A stretch of 64,000 bases of DNA. It comes from the human T2T-CHM13v2.0 reference genome, Homo sapiens. The DNA lies in NCBI GenBank assembly GCA_009914755.4, contig CP068257.2, forward strand, positions 12,544,001-12,608,000, in the 5' to 3' direction. Below, piece by piece: positions 40,351-52,781 of the stretch. Position 1 is the first letter of the stretch. The number at the start of each line of letters is the position of its first letter. Under the pieces are notes generated by a model. That model was given only the letters and a program-made list of their open reading frames with translations. It made no database searches and was not told the DNA's origin. The position numbers were made by a program, and so were the translations under genes.

Positions 40351-40869
40351 CTAAGTAAATCTATAACAAAGCGTATAGGCAGCAGGCTAAAAATGCCTTT
40401 GCATTTATGGAAGTAACATTCCTTGACAAAGCTCCCCTTTAGTGCAGCAATGAAATTTCAGAAAATGAAAATTAAGAGCATTTTCCGGATTGCAAAGATA
40501 GACATCCACCTTTGCAAATGTCTAGTCTTTGTAAGATAGTAGCAGTGTTTCAAATGACACTTGCAGAAAAAGAAGAGAATATGTTTGAGTGAATTTTCCC
40601 CAAAAATGTGGTAAATATGTTCATCAGAATAATTTTTCTACTAGGAAACATCCTTAAATGACTTTAAATTTGCAATTTATGTATCTATACAATGAGCACT
40701 GATTGCCTGGTATTAAATAGCCCTAACATTCTGTCAGAGCTGAAACCAGATTCTTACAATAGACTTGGCAATGCTAAATACTGGGTTCTGTAATAACAGC
40801 CCTCACAACTAGGAGTTGGCTTTTGACTAAATTGGCTGGTCAGTGCTATGAGATTCATGAGCGTCCTAT

Positions 40870-41470
40870 TAGCTACGAACATTTGAAAAAAATGTAGCCA
40901 AAATATGGAATCAACCTAAGTGTCCATGAATGGAGGAATGAACAAAGAAAATGTGGTATATATGCACTCACACACACATGCACAATGGAATATTATTCAA
41001 CCATAAAATAAAAAGAAATGTTATTTAAAACAACATGGATGAGCCTGGAAGACACTATGTTAAATGAAATAAGCCAGGCACAGAAAGAAAAATACTGCAT
41101 GATCTCACTTCTGTGTGGAATCTAAAAGTTAAATTCATAGAAGAGAAGGGTAGGATGGGGGTTACCAGGGGTCACGGTGATGGGGGTATAGAGGAGAAAT
41201 GAAAAAATATTGGTCAAATTGTACACAGTTTCAGTTAAGATCTCCACCCAAGATCTATTGTTCAACACGATGACTACAGTTAATACTAATGTACTGAATA
41301 CTTGAAAATTGCTTACAGAGTAGATTTTAAATGTTGTCACCACAAAAAAAAAATAGGTACATGTGGTGATGGATATGTTATGGGGCTTGATTTAATCATT
41401 CCACAATGTATACATATATCAAAACATCATGTTGCACCCCATAAATATATATGCTTTTAAAAAGAACAGA
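40870..41470 (+). mobile_element. Old LINE-1 (L1M/L1PB-like) 3' end: ORF2 C-terminus plus 3'UTR
   Basis: It reads ...cctaagtgtccatgaatggaggaatgaacaaagaaaatgtggtatatatgcactcacacacacatgcacaatggaatattattcaaccataaaataaaaagaaatgttatttaaaacaacatggatgagcctggaagacactatgttaaatgaaataagccaggcacagaaagaaaaatactgcatgatctcacttctgtgtggaatctaaaa.... This is a diverged version of the QPKCPS...KMW.IYTMEYY...MFSL region of L1 ORF2. Confidence 0.65.
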
Positions 41471-41933
41471 AACAAATTTACACTTGGGGATGAATTAACT
41501 CTCCTCTAAGAAATCACATACATTTTCAGTGATTTTGTACTGTGTGAATATAGCTAGGCTAGTGCTACATTTTCCAGAATTCTCTTCTTTGTAATTTCAG
41601 GCCAGGGCCAACCATAGGAGAAACGATAATTGGAACGGCCCCAAAGCAGCCACCACTAGGCTTTATAGTTCTATGCAGGGCATCAGGCAGTATTGCAGTG
41701 CAAAGAACTTTGTTACTGGTCTGCTGGCTCATGTTGTTGGTGTGGGTCAGCAGGCAAGCCCACAGAGCCTCCACATCCCGTGGATCTCCCAGTTTAGCTT
41801 TTCTGAGTCCTGAAGCAGGCATGTGTACAGTTCTGTAGTAAACACAGCAGCTACGCATACAAATCACTCACATCATCATGGTTGGATATTTTGAGAAGTG
41901 GGTATGGTTTCCAGTTTGTCCTAGGTCACTGAT

Positions 41934-41934
<1 letters not shown>

Positions 41935-41974
<40 letters not shown>
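41935..41974. repeat. (GT)n dinucleotide microsatellite of about 20 units
   Basis: It is a perfect gtgtgt... run. Confidence 0.95.
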
Positions 41975-41976
<2 letters not shown>

Positions 41977-44900
41977 CCACTTCTGGCCCTATTGATCTAT
42001 AGCAACTTCAGGCTGCCCACCAAATGCAGTGGTAACATTCTTCTATGATTCGTCTACCCTATATTAAATCCTGATTCCTTATCATTCATGGTAAGTCTTC
42101 TTCCCTGGTTGTAACCTATAAAGTTGGGTGCCTGGAATGAAGGTGTTACCACAACAAAAACCCAAGCCCATTGGCTCTGGGACAAGATAGCAAGAAGAAG
42201 ATGAAAAGGACTTGAGAAGACCTTTAAAGCTGGAAGGGGCTTCACGAGACAATGAGGATGCCAAAAATATTGAGGATATTGTTATTGGAAAGTTCAGTCA
42301 CACAGCTCCCTGTTGTAATATGGAAATTAAATAGGATATCTAGCACACTTTTTGATTTAGTTGGAGAGCTTTGCAGACAGAATAAGAAAAATGCCCCCAG
42401 GCTTTTTCTAGCTTCCTGTAATTAAGTACAACATTGGTTGGGGGAGAGAGGCTAGGAAAGAAAGAGAGAAACTGTTCCATTTTAATTTATATTTTAGGAA
42501 TTTAGAAGAAATATAAAGGACCCAGAGATTGTTGGATTTGAAAAGAAAATGTTTATTCATCCCCAGTTATTGCAAGCAAAAATTCTCAAAAAGAAAAGAA
42601 ACAGCTTCAGCAAATATAAAATCCAGCACACTAAAAGAAACTCAGGATAAAAATCACAAGTATGTGGCTGCTATAAATCATTTAGTTGAGACCTCAAAAA
42701 CTGTAAGGATGAAACGGGAGAGTTCCCTGATCCCCCTCACTGGACATGTGACAGGGGTGTGGCTTGCCTGTTCAGTTGAGCTATTTGATTGCAAAACATG
42801 GCCATTCTGTGTGGAGGAGGACCCAGAGGTCAGAATCAATAGCACAGAAGGCAGTAACAAGAAACAAGGGGAATCATTTCCAGGAAGCAGACCTGTTCCC
42901 AACCCTGAATGTCAGAATTACTAATAACCAATAACAGCCGTGCCTCTGTATTCCCTCCACTTGTGAACTGGAGTTTCTACTGCACTTACCTTTCTTCATC
43001 TCACCATTGTGTGGAATTAGAAAAAGTCTTTTTAGTTCACAGCTTATCAGATACAGAGGAACAAGGGCCAATTGGCCAGAACACCTCATCCATACCTGGA
43101 TCTGAATTAGATGATAGCCTCTTGAAACCTGGCCTAAGAATGGTGCTATAATGCAATGAGAATTTCACAAGACTCATGGGAAGGGTTAAATGTATTTTGT
43201 GTATGGTCAGAGGGAAGGCAATGGCTCATTAAAGATGACCATAAATTCTTTGACATTCATCTCATGTACTTATGGGGTATACATGCCTTCTCCTTGAACC
43301 TAAATGGGCTCTTTGACTGCTTTGGCAAATAAAACACAGCCAAAATGATGTTATGTCAGTCCCTGGGCCCAGGACTTAAGAGATGAACATTTTCATTTTG
43401 TGTCTTGGAATACTTGCCTTTGTAGTCTTGAGTCTTCACATAAGAAGTACAATTATCTTGCTAGAAGGACCATTTGGAGAAGTTCTAAGACTACATGGAC
43501 AGGGAAAAAGCCCAGATGAGCCCAACCTTCCAACAATTCCTGCTATGGCTAGGCCTGTGAGTGAACCCGTTTTGGATCTCTGAATCAGCTCACCAGCTGA
43601 ATATTACTACATGATGCCCATCAACATCACAGGGAGCAAATCATGAGATATAATTTTTTTTTGTTTGTGTAAATAAATAAGGCTTGGGGTAATTTACTAC
43701 ACTGAAATAGATAACTGAAATTATATCTCAATGTTAGGCATCCCAGGCTTCAGCTGCTGGGACATGGAAAAAAAGCCATCCTTATCATTTTATTATGGCA
43801 AAGGCAAAGCACTTCCCCTTTTCTTGGCCTTCCTGGCAGTGAGTTGGCCTCAAGGTATAGAGCTATTCTTTGCTTCCCATACTGTAAATCTTACCAGCAC
43901 CATTCTTACTGGGTTAGTAAGCTTTTTAAACTTTGGAATCCAATAATTGGAAGCCATTTGTATCTCATACCCAGTTACATCCCCCTCCCAAGCTTTATCA
44001 GCAATAATTGTGTTTTGGCCTCCATCTACACTCTTTTGTTGTATTTCTCTTACCTTCAGAACTCAGGTAGATATGGGAGTAGGGAAAGGAGTATTTCCTT
44101 CATCCCCTTCTAAACTTCATCAACGTGTAGTATTTCTGCCAAGCCCAACATTCAGAATTTTAATGCAATCAGATTAGCTTTATTTGCTTTTAAAAGGCAG
44201 TAAGAAGAAAGGAAAGAACTGATTTATTTGTCATGTTCCATTAACCAACTCTAATAACTTTCTATATGCTCCCTAAACAATTTAAATGCATTTCTGCAAA
44301 TTGACCTGCCTTTAATCTCTTTGATACATATCTGTTAACTGGGAGGTTTATATCTACATAGACACCTATACCTCCCTGTATTTAAAGGGTGAGTAAAATT
44401 ATACAGCTTTAATACTTATTTTGTAAATTTATTTACCTCTCATTTCATTTTAAACATAAAAATTCCATTTAATCATATGCTATATCCATAAACCAATATG
44501 TTTTAAACTTAGTCTGAAAAAGTCATAGGAAATAATTTACATTAAAGCTGTTCTAAGAATTCACAACTTCTGCTTATTGTTGGCTTTTGGTTTCCTCTCA
44601 GAGTTGGCCATCTGGGTAGCTATTTCTTGGACTTCTTCCCTCACACCTATGCTCCAGCTACCACAAGGCACATAACCTGGAAAGCTTCAAGCCTGGTTTA
44701 ATCTTCTTAGGTGAAGTAAGATTACAAAAGCACTGTTTATCTCACTAAAAACCTTTCATTTGGATTACTTGGGAGTTCCTTCCAAAGGGACATGTGTGTA
44801 ATGACAAGACATCCCTTTCTTTGGTCTCCATGCTTTCTTCAGCAGGGGTCAAGGAGAGCTCCATATCTCTGTGTTCTGGTGAGAGACTCACCACTCTCTC

Positions 44901-46304
44901 TTCTCCCAACTCTAACCCCTGTGCTCAAAGCTTCTTCATCACTATTTCCCTTAAGACCATTAAGATCAATCTTATTATGCTGTTTGTCTTTATTTACCTC
45001 AACCACTACTAAAAACACAGGTCATCCCTCATTTCCCATACCATAGGCACCATTAGGTATGTGAACATCCCTATGCAGATTTCATATCCCACCCGTTCCC
45101 ATTTTGGAGCTTTTCTGCTATGTTTTATGAACTCACAGTCATTCAACAGCAAAATCCTCTGTGTCCTTAACTTATTTTCTTACCTTCCTAGTCTGAAACT
45201 AGATTCTCTCCTAAAGACACTTGTTCCTTTGCAGCTTTCTTGAGTAATAACTGTTTTCTCTTATACCCTCCTCATACAACTTGGCCTGGAGGAAAGAAAG
45301 TTGCCTCTTTGCTCAACATTGCTACTTCCAGATCATGCTCCTTCTTCCCTGCCATTGCGATATATTACTATCACCAGCCATGCCTCCTCATTGTACCATT
45401 CATAGTGCTCTCATGTCTTGAATTTAACACCTGGCTCACTGTCAGTCTTTTCAACACTGTTCCTGCCAAAATTCTCAGTGATTTCAAGTATAAGACCTAG
45501 TTGATCCTTCCAAATCACTGGATCTTTGATTTCCTAAACTTTTCTCTAATGATTTCAACTCTTACCCTATCTAATACATTCACTTTCATCATTGTATGTA
45601 AGACTTGGCCCCATCAACAAAAAATGCAACTTCTCCATATTTAAATTTCAAGAATCCCACTCTTCGCTGACCACCTCCTATTTTTCCACTAACAGATATG
45701 GACAAGAACAAGACAGAGTTTGTGAGAGCTGATATGATCATGTTTTAAACCCTAGGCTAAGGCAGCCTAAAGAAACTGCATTTCATAAAATTGTTTTATT
45801 ACTTTATTTTCAGAAATTTGAATATTTTTCACCTCTGTGTGTAATACTATATTAGACATCTTTGTGCAAATTGTTGATTTGTGTATGTATTACATAACAA
45901 CATACATCTCCAAGAGTTAATGGATGCAGAAGGATTCATTTTAGTACTCCTAGTATATTATTTGAAAGTGGTTAGCTGGTTAGCTTTGATCTAAAGAGTT
46001 ATGATTATGATGAGTGCTGGAGAGATAAAATACTTATTTTTCCCTCTATAATTCAGTATTGTTTGAACTTTTAAATAAGAACCATCATATATGAGTCAGT
46101 TATGTAACTAAAAGCTTTCAGTTTTGAAAATAGCAAGTAATATTAACCAGTGATTCACAAAAGAAAAAAAAACTATCAATGGATATATAAGAAAAAATGT
46201 CCCAAAGATGAAGTCTGAAGCCAGTATGAATATTCTTTTATTCTTTGTATCAAATTAATTATTCTACCTTCATAATTTTAGAATTTTTCTCAATACTTGT
46301 ATTA

Positions 46305-46712
46305 GTTTGTCCTCGCACTGCTATAAATAAGTATCCAAAACTGAGTAATTTATAAAGAAAAGAGGTTTAATTGGTTAATGGTTCCAAAGGCTGTAGAGAA
46401 AGCAGGATGCTGGCATCTGCTCAGCTTCTGGGGAGGCCTTAGGAAACTTACAATCATGGCAGAAGGTGAAGCAGGAGCGTCACATGGCAGGAGCAGGAGG
46501 AAGAGAGAGAGAGTGGGGAGGCTCTACACACTTTTCAACAACTAGATCTCCTGAGAACTCACTATAGAATACCAAGGGACGGTGGTGCTAAACCATTAAG
46601 AAGAAATCACACGCTCATGATCCAATCACCTCCCGCCAGGCCCCACCTCCAACAGTGGGGATTACAATTCAACCTGAGATTTGGATAGGGACACAGACCC
46701 AAACCCTATCAA
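46305..46712 (-). mobile_element. Solo MaLR LTR (MST/THE1-like) in reverse orientation
   Basis: Reverse-complementing 46640-46712 gives agtattgatagggtttgggtctgtgtccctatccaaatctcaggttgaattgtaatcccc, the LTR 5' end. The other end reads gtcctcgcactgctataaataagtatccaaaactgagtaatttataaag, the reverse complement of ...ctttataaattac.cag.tt.ggatacttatttatagcagtgcgaggac. Confidence 0.65.
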
Positions 46713-47684
46713 TACTATTGCCATCTTATTTATAGAATATTTAAAATGTGACATTCTTCTCATTGATTTTACCTGAAATACACTTCATTCTTCTAAATTG
46801 GCCTTTTTTTCCACTTATGGGATATACAAGAACACTCTTTTTCTCATCCATCTCTTTTTAAATTACATCTTATTCACTTTCATACCAACCTGTTCTTTCT
46901 TTGTAGTCTTCTTCTCATATTTAATTAATGTTGAAGCATCTTGTGTCCTGAAGAGAATAATAAACATGCTCATTACTACATTTCTTAAAGTAAGTATTTT
47001 TGGAATTTGCCTCTTCTCCGAAATATCATGATTTGTTCTCTGTTGCTGTATAATACATTTTAATATTCCCTCTTTTATAAGTACACTCATTCCTAAATGA
47101 GGAGAACTCTCCCAGCTGCAGTGTTAACCCAATTACATGAAGTGAGGAATGAGTTTATGTCCATTGAGTTTCAACTGGGGTACAAATCTTATTCTTACCT
47201 GGAATCAGAGGGCTATGGGTGGACCATGGGCTGAGTTCATATGCTCTTTCATTGCTATGAAGGCTTTTATCTGTTTGGGTTCTGCAGAAATTAAATGAGC
47301 TCTTTCTATGTTCACCTCTGGCTTTTTAACATTCCTACCAGATAATGCACATGGATCTGTAAAATCCCCAGTGTGCACCATGAGAGAAGGTCTTCCTGAC
47401 CCCCTCCCTGTTTCTCATGCTTGTTGTAGACATTACATCTTGCAGAAAATAGTAATCTGCCACCACCAGTTTACTTTCAGATGGCCCTTGGTTCCATCCC
47501 ATTTGTATGATAGGAATTTTGGTCTCTAATGTAATGTAGAAAAAGTTCACTTAAAATTTAGATGTTGACATGACAAAGTAGCATCGAGGCAGTAGATCAA
47601 TGGCTGTCAAGGTTACTATTCAATAAAGATATTTGCATTTAGAAACAGGAAGAAAGTCGCAGAGAATCAAGAAAGGATGGCTGT

Positions 47685-49036
47685 TGTGGGAAGTCAGGGA
47701 CCCCAAACAGGGGGACGGGCTGGAGCTGTGGCAGAGGAAACATAAATTGTGAAGATTTCATGGACGTTTATCATTTCTCTAATAATACTCTTATAATTTC
47801 TTACGCCTCTTACTTTAATCTCTTAATCCTGTTATCTTCGTAACAGGTCACCTCAGGACCCTGTGATGATTGCTTGTTTACTTTTGGGATAATTTGAAAA
47901 CAAAATCAGTCTTTGTATGGTATTTTTCCCCCACCTGCTTGGTTTGATTTTTGTTTATTTTATATCTCATGAACAAAAGTGTTATTTAATAACTTCTTGC
48001 CATTTTAAGAACATGACTGTAATTAATTTGCTTCACTCAGCTTCTAAGATAACCACTAGTATAAACAGAATAAAATAAAACTCACAAATTGTACAAACTG
48101 ATTGTAAAACATGTGTGTTTGAACAATATGAAATCTGATTGTAAAACATGTGTGTCTGAACAATATAAAATCAGTGCACCTTGAAAAAGAACAGAATAAC
48201 AGTGATTTTAGGGAACAAGGGAAGATAACCATAAGGTCTGACTGCCTGCCGGGTCAGGTAAAAAGAGCCATATTTTTCTTCTTGCAGAGAGCCTATAAAC
48301 AGACGTGAAAGTAAGAGAGATATCGCTAAATTCTTCTCCTAGCAAGGAATATTAAATATTAAGACCCTAAGAAAATAATTGCATTCCTTGTGGAAGGTCT
48401 ATAAACGGCTGCTCTGGGACTGTCTGTCCTATGTGGTTGAGATAAGGACTGAGATATGCCCTGGTCTCCTGCAGTACCCTCAGGGTTATTAGGGTGGGGA
48501 AAAAAAATCCCGCCCTGGTAAATTTGAGGTCAGACCACTTCTCTGCTCTTGAACCCTGTTTTCTGTTGTTATGATGTTTATCAAGACAATACATTCACAG
48601 CTGAACATAGACCCTCATCAGTAATTCTAATTTTGCCCTTTGCTTTGTGATCTTGTTTTTACCCTTTGCCTTGTGATCTTTGCTGGACCCTTATCAGGAG
48701 TTCCTGATTTTGTCCTTGCCCTATTTCCTCGGAAGCATGTGATCTTTGCTCTGCCTTTTGCCCTTTGAAGCATGTGATCTTTGTGACCTACTCCCTGTTC
48801 GTACACTCCCTCCCCTTTTGGAATCCCTAATAAAAACTTGCTGGTGTTGCGGCTCAGGTGGCCATCACAGACCTACCAATGTGTGATGTCACCCCTGGTG
48901 GCCCAGCTGTAAAATTCCTCTCTCTGTACTGTTTCTCTTTATTTCTCAGGCCAGCTGACACTTAGGGGAAATAGAAAGAACCTATGTTGAAATATTGGGG
49001 GCAGGTTCCCCTATAGATGGCTTGCTGTTTCCCACA
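47685..49036 (+). mobile_element. Solo ERV LTR of about 1.35 kb. It is probably of the LTR12/HERV9 type, with U3 tandem repeats and an AATAAA in an R-like segment.
   Basis: It starts tgtgggaagtcagggaccccaaacagggggacgggctggagctgtggcagaggaaacataaattgtgaagatttcatggac. It has a 38-bp unit repeated twice (ctgattgtaaaacatgtgtgtttgaacaatatgaaat) at 48100-48175 and multiple gccctttgc[ct]ttgtgatctt repeats at 48630-48790. Near 48825-48835 it has ...ggaatccctaataaaaacttgctggtg. The family call comes from memory of the consensus and was not verified. Confidence 0.5.
47877..48087 (+). repeat. Arm A of a ~210-bp inverted duplication, located inside the LTR
   Basis: The arm runs tttacttttgggataatttgaaaacaaaatcagtctttgtatggtatttttcccccacctgcttggtttgatttttgtttattttatatctcatgaacaaaagtgttatttaataacttcttgccattttaagaacatgactgtaattaatttgcttcactcagcttctaagataaccactagtataaacagaataaaataaaactcacaa. 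It is about 93-95% identical to the reverse complement of 49112-49332. Confidence 0.8.
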
Positions 49037-49111
49037 GCTGAACTCATTGGCCACTTACTTCCATCAGCCAGGCAGTCTCCAGAAAATTCTCCCAGACCCA
49101 GGCAAGATACT

Positions 49112-49332
49112 ACCATGGCTGTTGTGAGTTTTATTTTCTTCTGTTTCTACTAGTGGTTATCTTAGAAGCTGAGTGAAGCAAATTAATTACAGTCATGTTC
49201 TTAAAATGACAAGAAGTTATTAAATAACACTTTTATTCATGAGATATAAAATAGACAAAAATCAAACCAAGCAGGTGGGGTAAAAATACCATACAAAGAC
49301 TGATTTTGGTTTCCAATGATCTCAAAAGTAAA
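49112..49332 (-). repeat. Arm A' of the inverted duplication. It lies just outside the LTR, about 1.02 kb from arm A, and overlaps the right copy of the 14-bp direct repeat.
   Basis: Reverse-complementing 49112-49332 gives tttacttttgagatcattggaaaccaaaatcagtctttgtatggtatttttaccccacctgcttggtttgatttttgtctattttatatctcatgaataaaagtgttatttaataacttcttgtcattttaagaacatgactgtaattaatttgcttcactcagcttctaagataaccactagtagaaacagaagaaaataaaactcacaa. Confidence 0.8.
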
Positions 49333-49510
49333 TTTAAAGTACTGATATTTTCTGTAATTTTCATTTTTTTAACTAGGAAAATCATATAAAGACATGCTAG
49401 GACAATTCATTTAAACATAAAAAATAAACATTTCATAAAAATCACATCAGTGCTGATGACTTAATGGCAGCCTAATATCCTGAAAGTAAACTAATCTGTC
49501 ACCATAGCTT

Positions 49511-49711
49511 TTTTTTTTTTTTTTTGAGACAATCTCCTCTGTTACCCAGGCCGGAGTGGTGCAATCTTGGCTCACTGCAACCTCTGCCTCCTGGGTTCAA
49601 GCGATTCTCCTGCCTCAGCCTCCTGAGTAGCTGAGATTACAGGCATGCACCATGAAGACTGGCTAATTTTTGTATTTTTAGTAGAGACGGGGTTTAACCA
49701 TGTTGGCCAGG
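49511..49711 (-). mobile_element. 5'-truncated Alu in reverse orientation with a T17 run, flanked by a 16-bp TSD ctgtcaccatagcttt
   Basis: The body reads tttttttttttttttttgagacaatctcctctgttacccaggccggagtggtgcaatcttggctcactgcaacctctgcctcctgggttcaagcgattctcctgcctcagcctcctgagtagctgagattacaggcatgcaccatgaagactggctaatttttgtatttttagtagagacggggtttaaccatgttggccagg. The TSD lies at 49496-49510 and 49713-49728. Confidence 0.88.
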
Positions 49712-51339
49712 CCTGTCACCATAGCTTTTGAGGGCTATTTGGTACCTTTAAATCAAATAAACTGGGTATTAATTCTTCTTAACACTCACCTGAAGATTCA
49801 TTGTTTATTAATACTTAAGTCAAGTGTGTAATGATAAGTAATCTGATTGCAGGCACATATACATTTAATTTGATTTATATGGTTACTTAGAACATTTTCA
49901 GAACTTACCATATTCTAGCAGTTCTAAATTCCCTATATAACAGGTCCTTTAATATTTCTTCATGAAATGGAATACCTGAAATCCATATCCATCCCATATT
50001 AAGTACAGAATCATGGACCAATGAAATTTGCATAATTTTATATGCAAAGTGGGAGACAATGATCTATCCCCACGTTGGGGCTAAAGTACTAAGATTGTCC
50101 TAAGTACCTTGTAAATGCTTAGTAAATATGATTTTCCCTCTAGACCACAATAATTATTCCACATTTGTTCAAGAGTTCTATTTGTACTTATGAGAGGGCA
50201 CATGGAAATGGACCAACATTCTGTCAGTACAAACACTGAAAAGCAAAGCTTTGTTCCCCAAGAATGAGAGAACACTCAACAAAGCAGCATGGTTTAACAG
50301 CTTGCAATGTTAACAAAAGGATATTTTACAGTATGTTCAGCTCTCCATATCTCTGTGCCTATGCTTATCCATTGAATCAGATAATTGATATCATCCTTTA
50401 ATTCAGTTATCTGTGCAAGAATCTATTTTAATATTTCTTTACCCTGTAGAAAACAGGATTAGAAGAGGACTATACCTCATTTCCTCAATTTTTAAGTCCA
50501 TTATCTAACTAGCATATTCAGATTGTGAAGGAAAAGTTGCTATAATGTGATACAGCAGGAACAGTGAGTTAAAATTCTTCCTAGCAAATCCAAGGCAACT
50601 ATATTCACATCCTAGAGTGCAGTGATGATGGACATAACTAGATATTCGGTGTTCAACATATCATTTTACTTTATTCTACAGTTTTATCTATGCAAAGACA
50701 ATGTTCGTGTTCTGACTTATCATCTCCTCTGCTACCATGGAGACACCAATGTTTAAAATACTTTACAAAATTCATTTTTGCAGTGAGAAATAGAAGAGCA
50801 ATATATGTTTTACATGTGTCTGAGAATTGTTATATTATAATCCTGCAGCTTTCTGAAAGACAAATAGCAGTTGATAAATACAGAATGGTTATACAGAATT
50901 ATCAATCCTTCTTAGTGGCTTTCAGAAGGCTAAGGAAATCATTTCAGACTTAAGAACTATGAAGCCAAACTAAACACTAATCCCAGAAAAAGACTCCTTG
51001 TCTTGCATTCTAACCATAAGTACTTCCTTTGAGATTTCGTAAAACAAGAAAACAAAAGCAAACAAACAAACAAAACCCTTAAAAACAGGGTTTGGCTATT
51101 AATCCAACTAATTCTTATATGCGGAATTTTTTTCTGATTTATCAAATCCAGTAGAGAGTAACAACCAGTTAACTACACAGTAAGCAAACTCCACTCTGAC
51201 AACCATAATTCAAGAAGCTGTAGACATCAAGCTTCTAGTAAAAAGTACAGAGTCAGGGGCATTCAGTATATGTTAGGACTGATCAATTAACTCTCCTTGA
51301 CCCTTTGCTCTTCTCTCATGATGCTTTTTGTCAAAAATA

Positions 51340-51692
51340 CAGTCATCATCACTTAATCGTGGGGATATATTCTGAGACATGTGTCATTAGGTGATTTAGT
51401 TGTTGTACCAACATCATAGAGTGTACTTACACAAACCTAGATAGAAAGACTAACTACCCACCTAGGCTATATGGTATAGCTTATTGCTCCTAGGCTACCA
51501 CCCTGTACTGCATGTGACTGTCCTGAATACCACATGCAATTGTAACACAGTGGTATCTGTGTATTTAAACATATCTAAACATAAAAAAATACAATAAAAA
51601 TGCAGTATTATAATCTTATGTGGTCAACCACCGTATATGCTGTCACATAGTTCAGTTGTTGACTGAAATGTTGTTATGTGGTGCCTGGCGGT
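51340..51692. mobile_element. Internally deleted Tigger/pogo-type DNA transposon (MER2-like MITE), about 350 bp, with both termini present and TA target sites
   Basis: The 5' end is cagtcatcatcacttaatcgtggggatatattctgagacatgtgtcattaggtgatttagttgttgtaccaacatcatagagtgtacttacacaaacctag...ggctatatggtatagcttattgctcctaggctacc.... The 3' end is ...aaaatgcagtattataatcttatgtggtcaaccaccgtatatgctgtcacatagttcagttgttgactgaaatgttgttatgtggtgcctggcgg. These match the two ends of a Tigger-family consensus as I remember it. Confidence 0.55.
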
Positions 51693-52778
51693 ATCTCATC
51701 CATCAACTCTGTGAAGCACACCTGTGTCCATATTCCATCCCCCACCAAGCTCACCCTGAATACCAATCCCTTATACAAAAATGCCTATTGTGTGCTATAA
51801 CTGTGGATATTGAATGTTGTTGATTGTTTGGAAAACAGGGGTGAAAAGCCAAGATTCAAAATAATAGGAAGTTCTGCTTCAAAAACTAAGCACTTCTCCC
51901 TGAATTCCCTCTCAGGAAGGGAACCCTTCTTGAAATGTATCTCAGAGGTGACAATGGACAGCTTTTTAAAAAAACTCCTTTTAATCACACACTTGTGTGT
52001 GCATAGGTATCTGGCTGACACCTGATCATTAAGAATAAAATAGATTATTTTGGTCCACAGAATTTCACAGATGGGTAGTAAAAGTCAGTTGCCAGTTCCA
52101 TTAAATAAATAAAACAACAACAACAAGAACCTTAGTAGAGCTCCTTTATAAATGATTTCTTCTACTACACAAAACAGGGTGAATCACTGTGAAATGTGGC
52201 CAGGTTAATTAATCAAAAGGAAGATGCTTTTATTTGATATTGTTCATTGACAGAATTTTTTTTTCAGAAAAGCCACTTTTGCAAAATATGTAGGAAAAAT
52301 ACTTAATATAATTATAATTCCTTAAGAACTTAAATACATTTCAAAAATATTATCTAAAAATGTGCTACAACTAGCTTAGTCTATTTCTAGTGAAGTGTTA
52401 AAAAAAGAATTAAAGAATTAATCTTAAAAGCTAGCATCTGTGTTTTCATTGTGTAAAATCTTTGTTTAGAAAAATACCTTGAAAAGCCACTAGAGGGCAA
52501 TAATTAGCGAAAAACTAGGAAATGTAAAATGTACCAGGACCCGACAGAAATGAATAGGATGGTGTGGGAAAGAACAAAGAAGAAAAACTGAGGTAAACTG
52601 AAAGAGGAGCAAGAGAGAAGACAATTACAAACATGGTGCAAGACTTCATCCATTATTGGCAGAAGGTGCCACGGGACAGTGTTCACTATTCAGTTTCAAA
52701 TTTGCAGCAATATCAACCTAGACTGTCTGTCCAGAGCACCAGTAAAGTCAGCAATGCCAGCAAAGGCCTTCTGTGAAT

Positions 52779-52781
<3 letters not shown>

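Noticed and set aside
41565-41867. A 100-aa minus-strand ORF (MICMRSCCVYYRTVHMPASGLRKAKLGDPRDVEALWAC...)
   Set aside because: It has no domain or splice evidence. It sits next to a (GT)n tract and an old L1 fragment. I treat it as a chance ORF.
42529-42924. A 131-aa plus-strand ORF in intergenic DNA, overlapped by a 74-aa minus-strand ORF
   Set aside because: It has no recognisable domain, no splice context, no Kozak-supported start and no codon bias distinct from the surroundings. An open frame of this length is expected by chance in 64 kb of AT-moderate DNA.
44580-45700. Several plus-strand ORFs of 60-86 aa with Ser/Leu/Pro-rich translations
   Set aside because: The region looks like a decayed LTR-type interspersed repeat (MLT-like motifs) whose family I could not assign with confidence. 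The ORFs lack coherence and there is no evidence for a gene.
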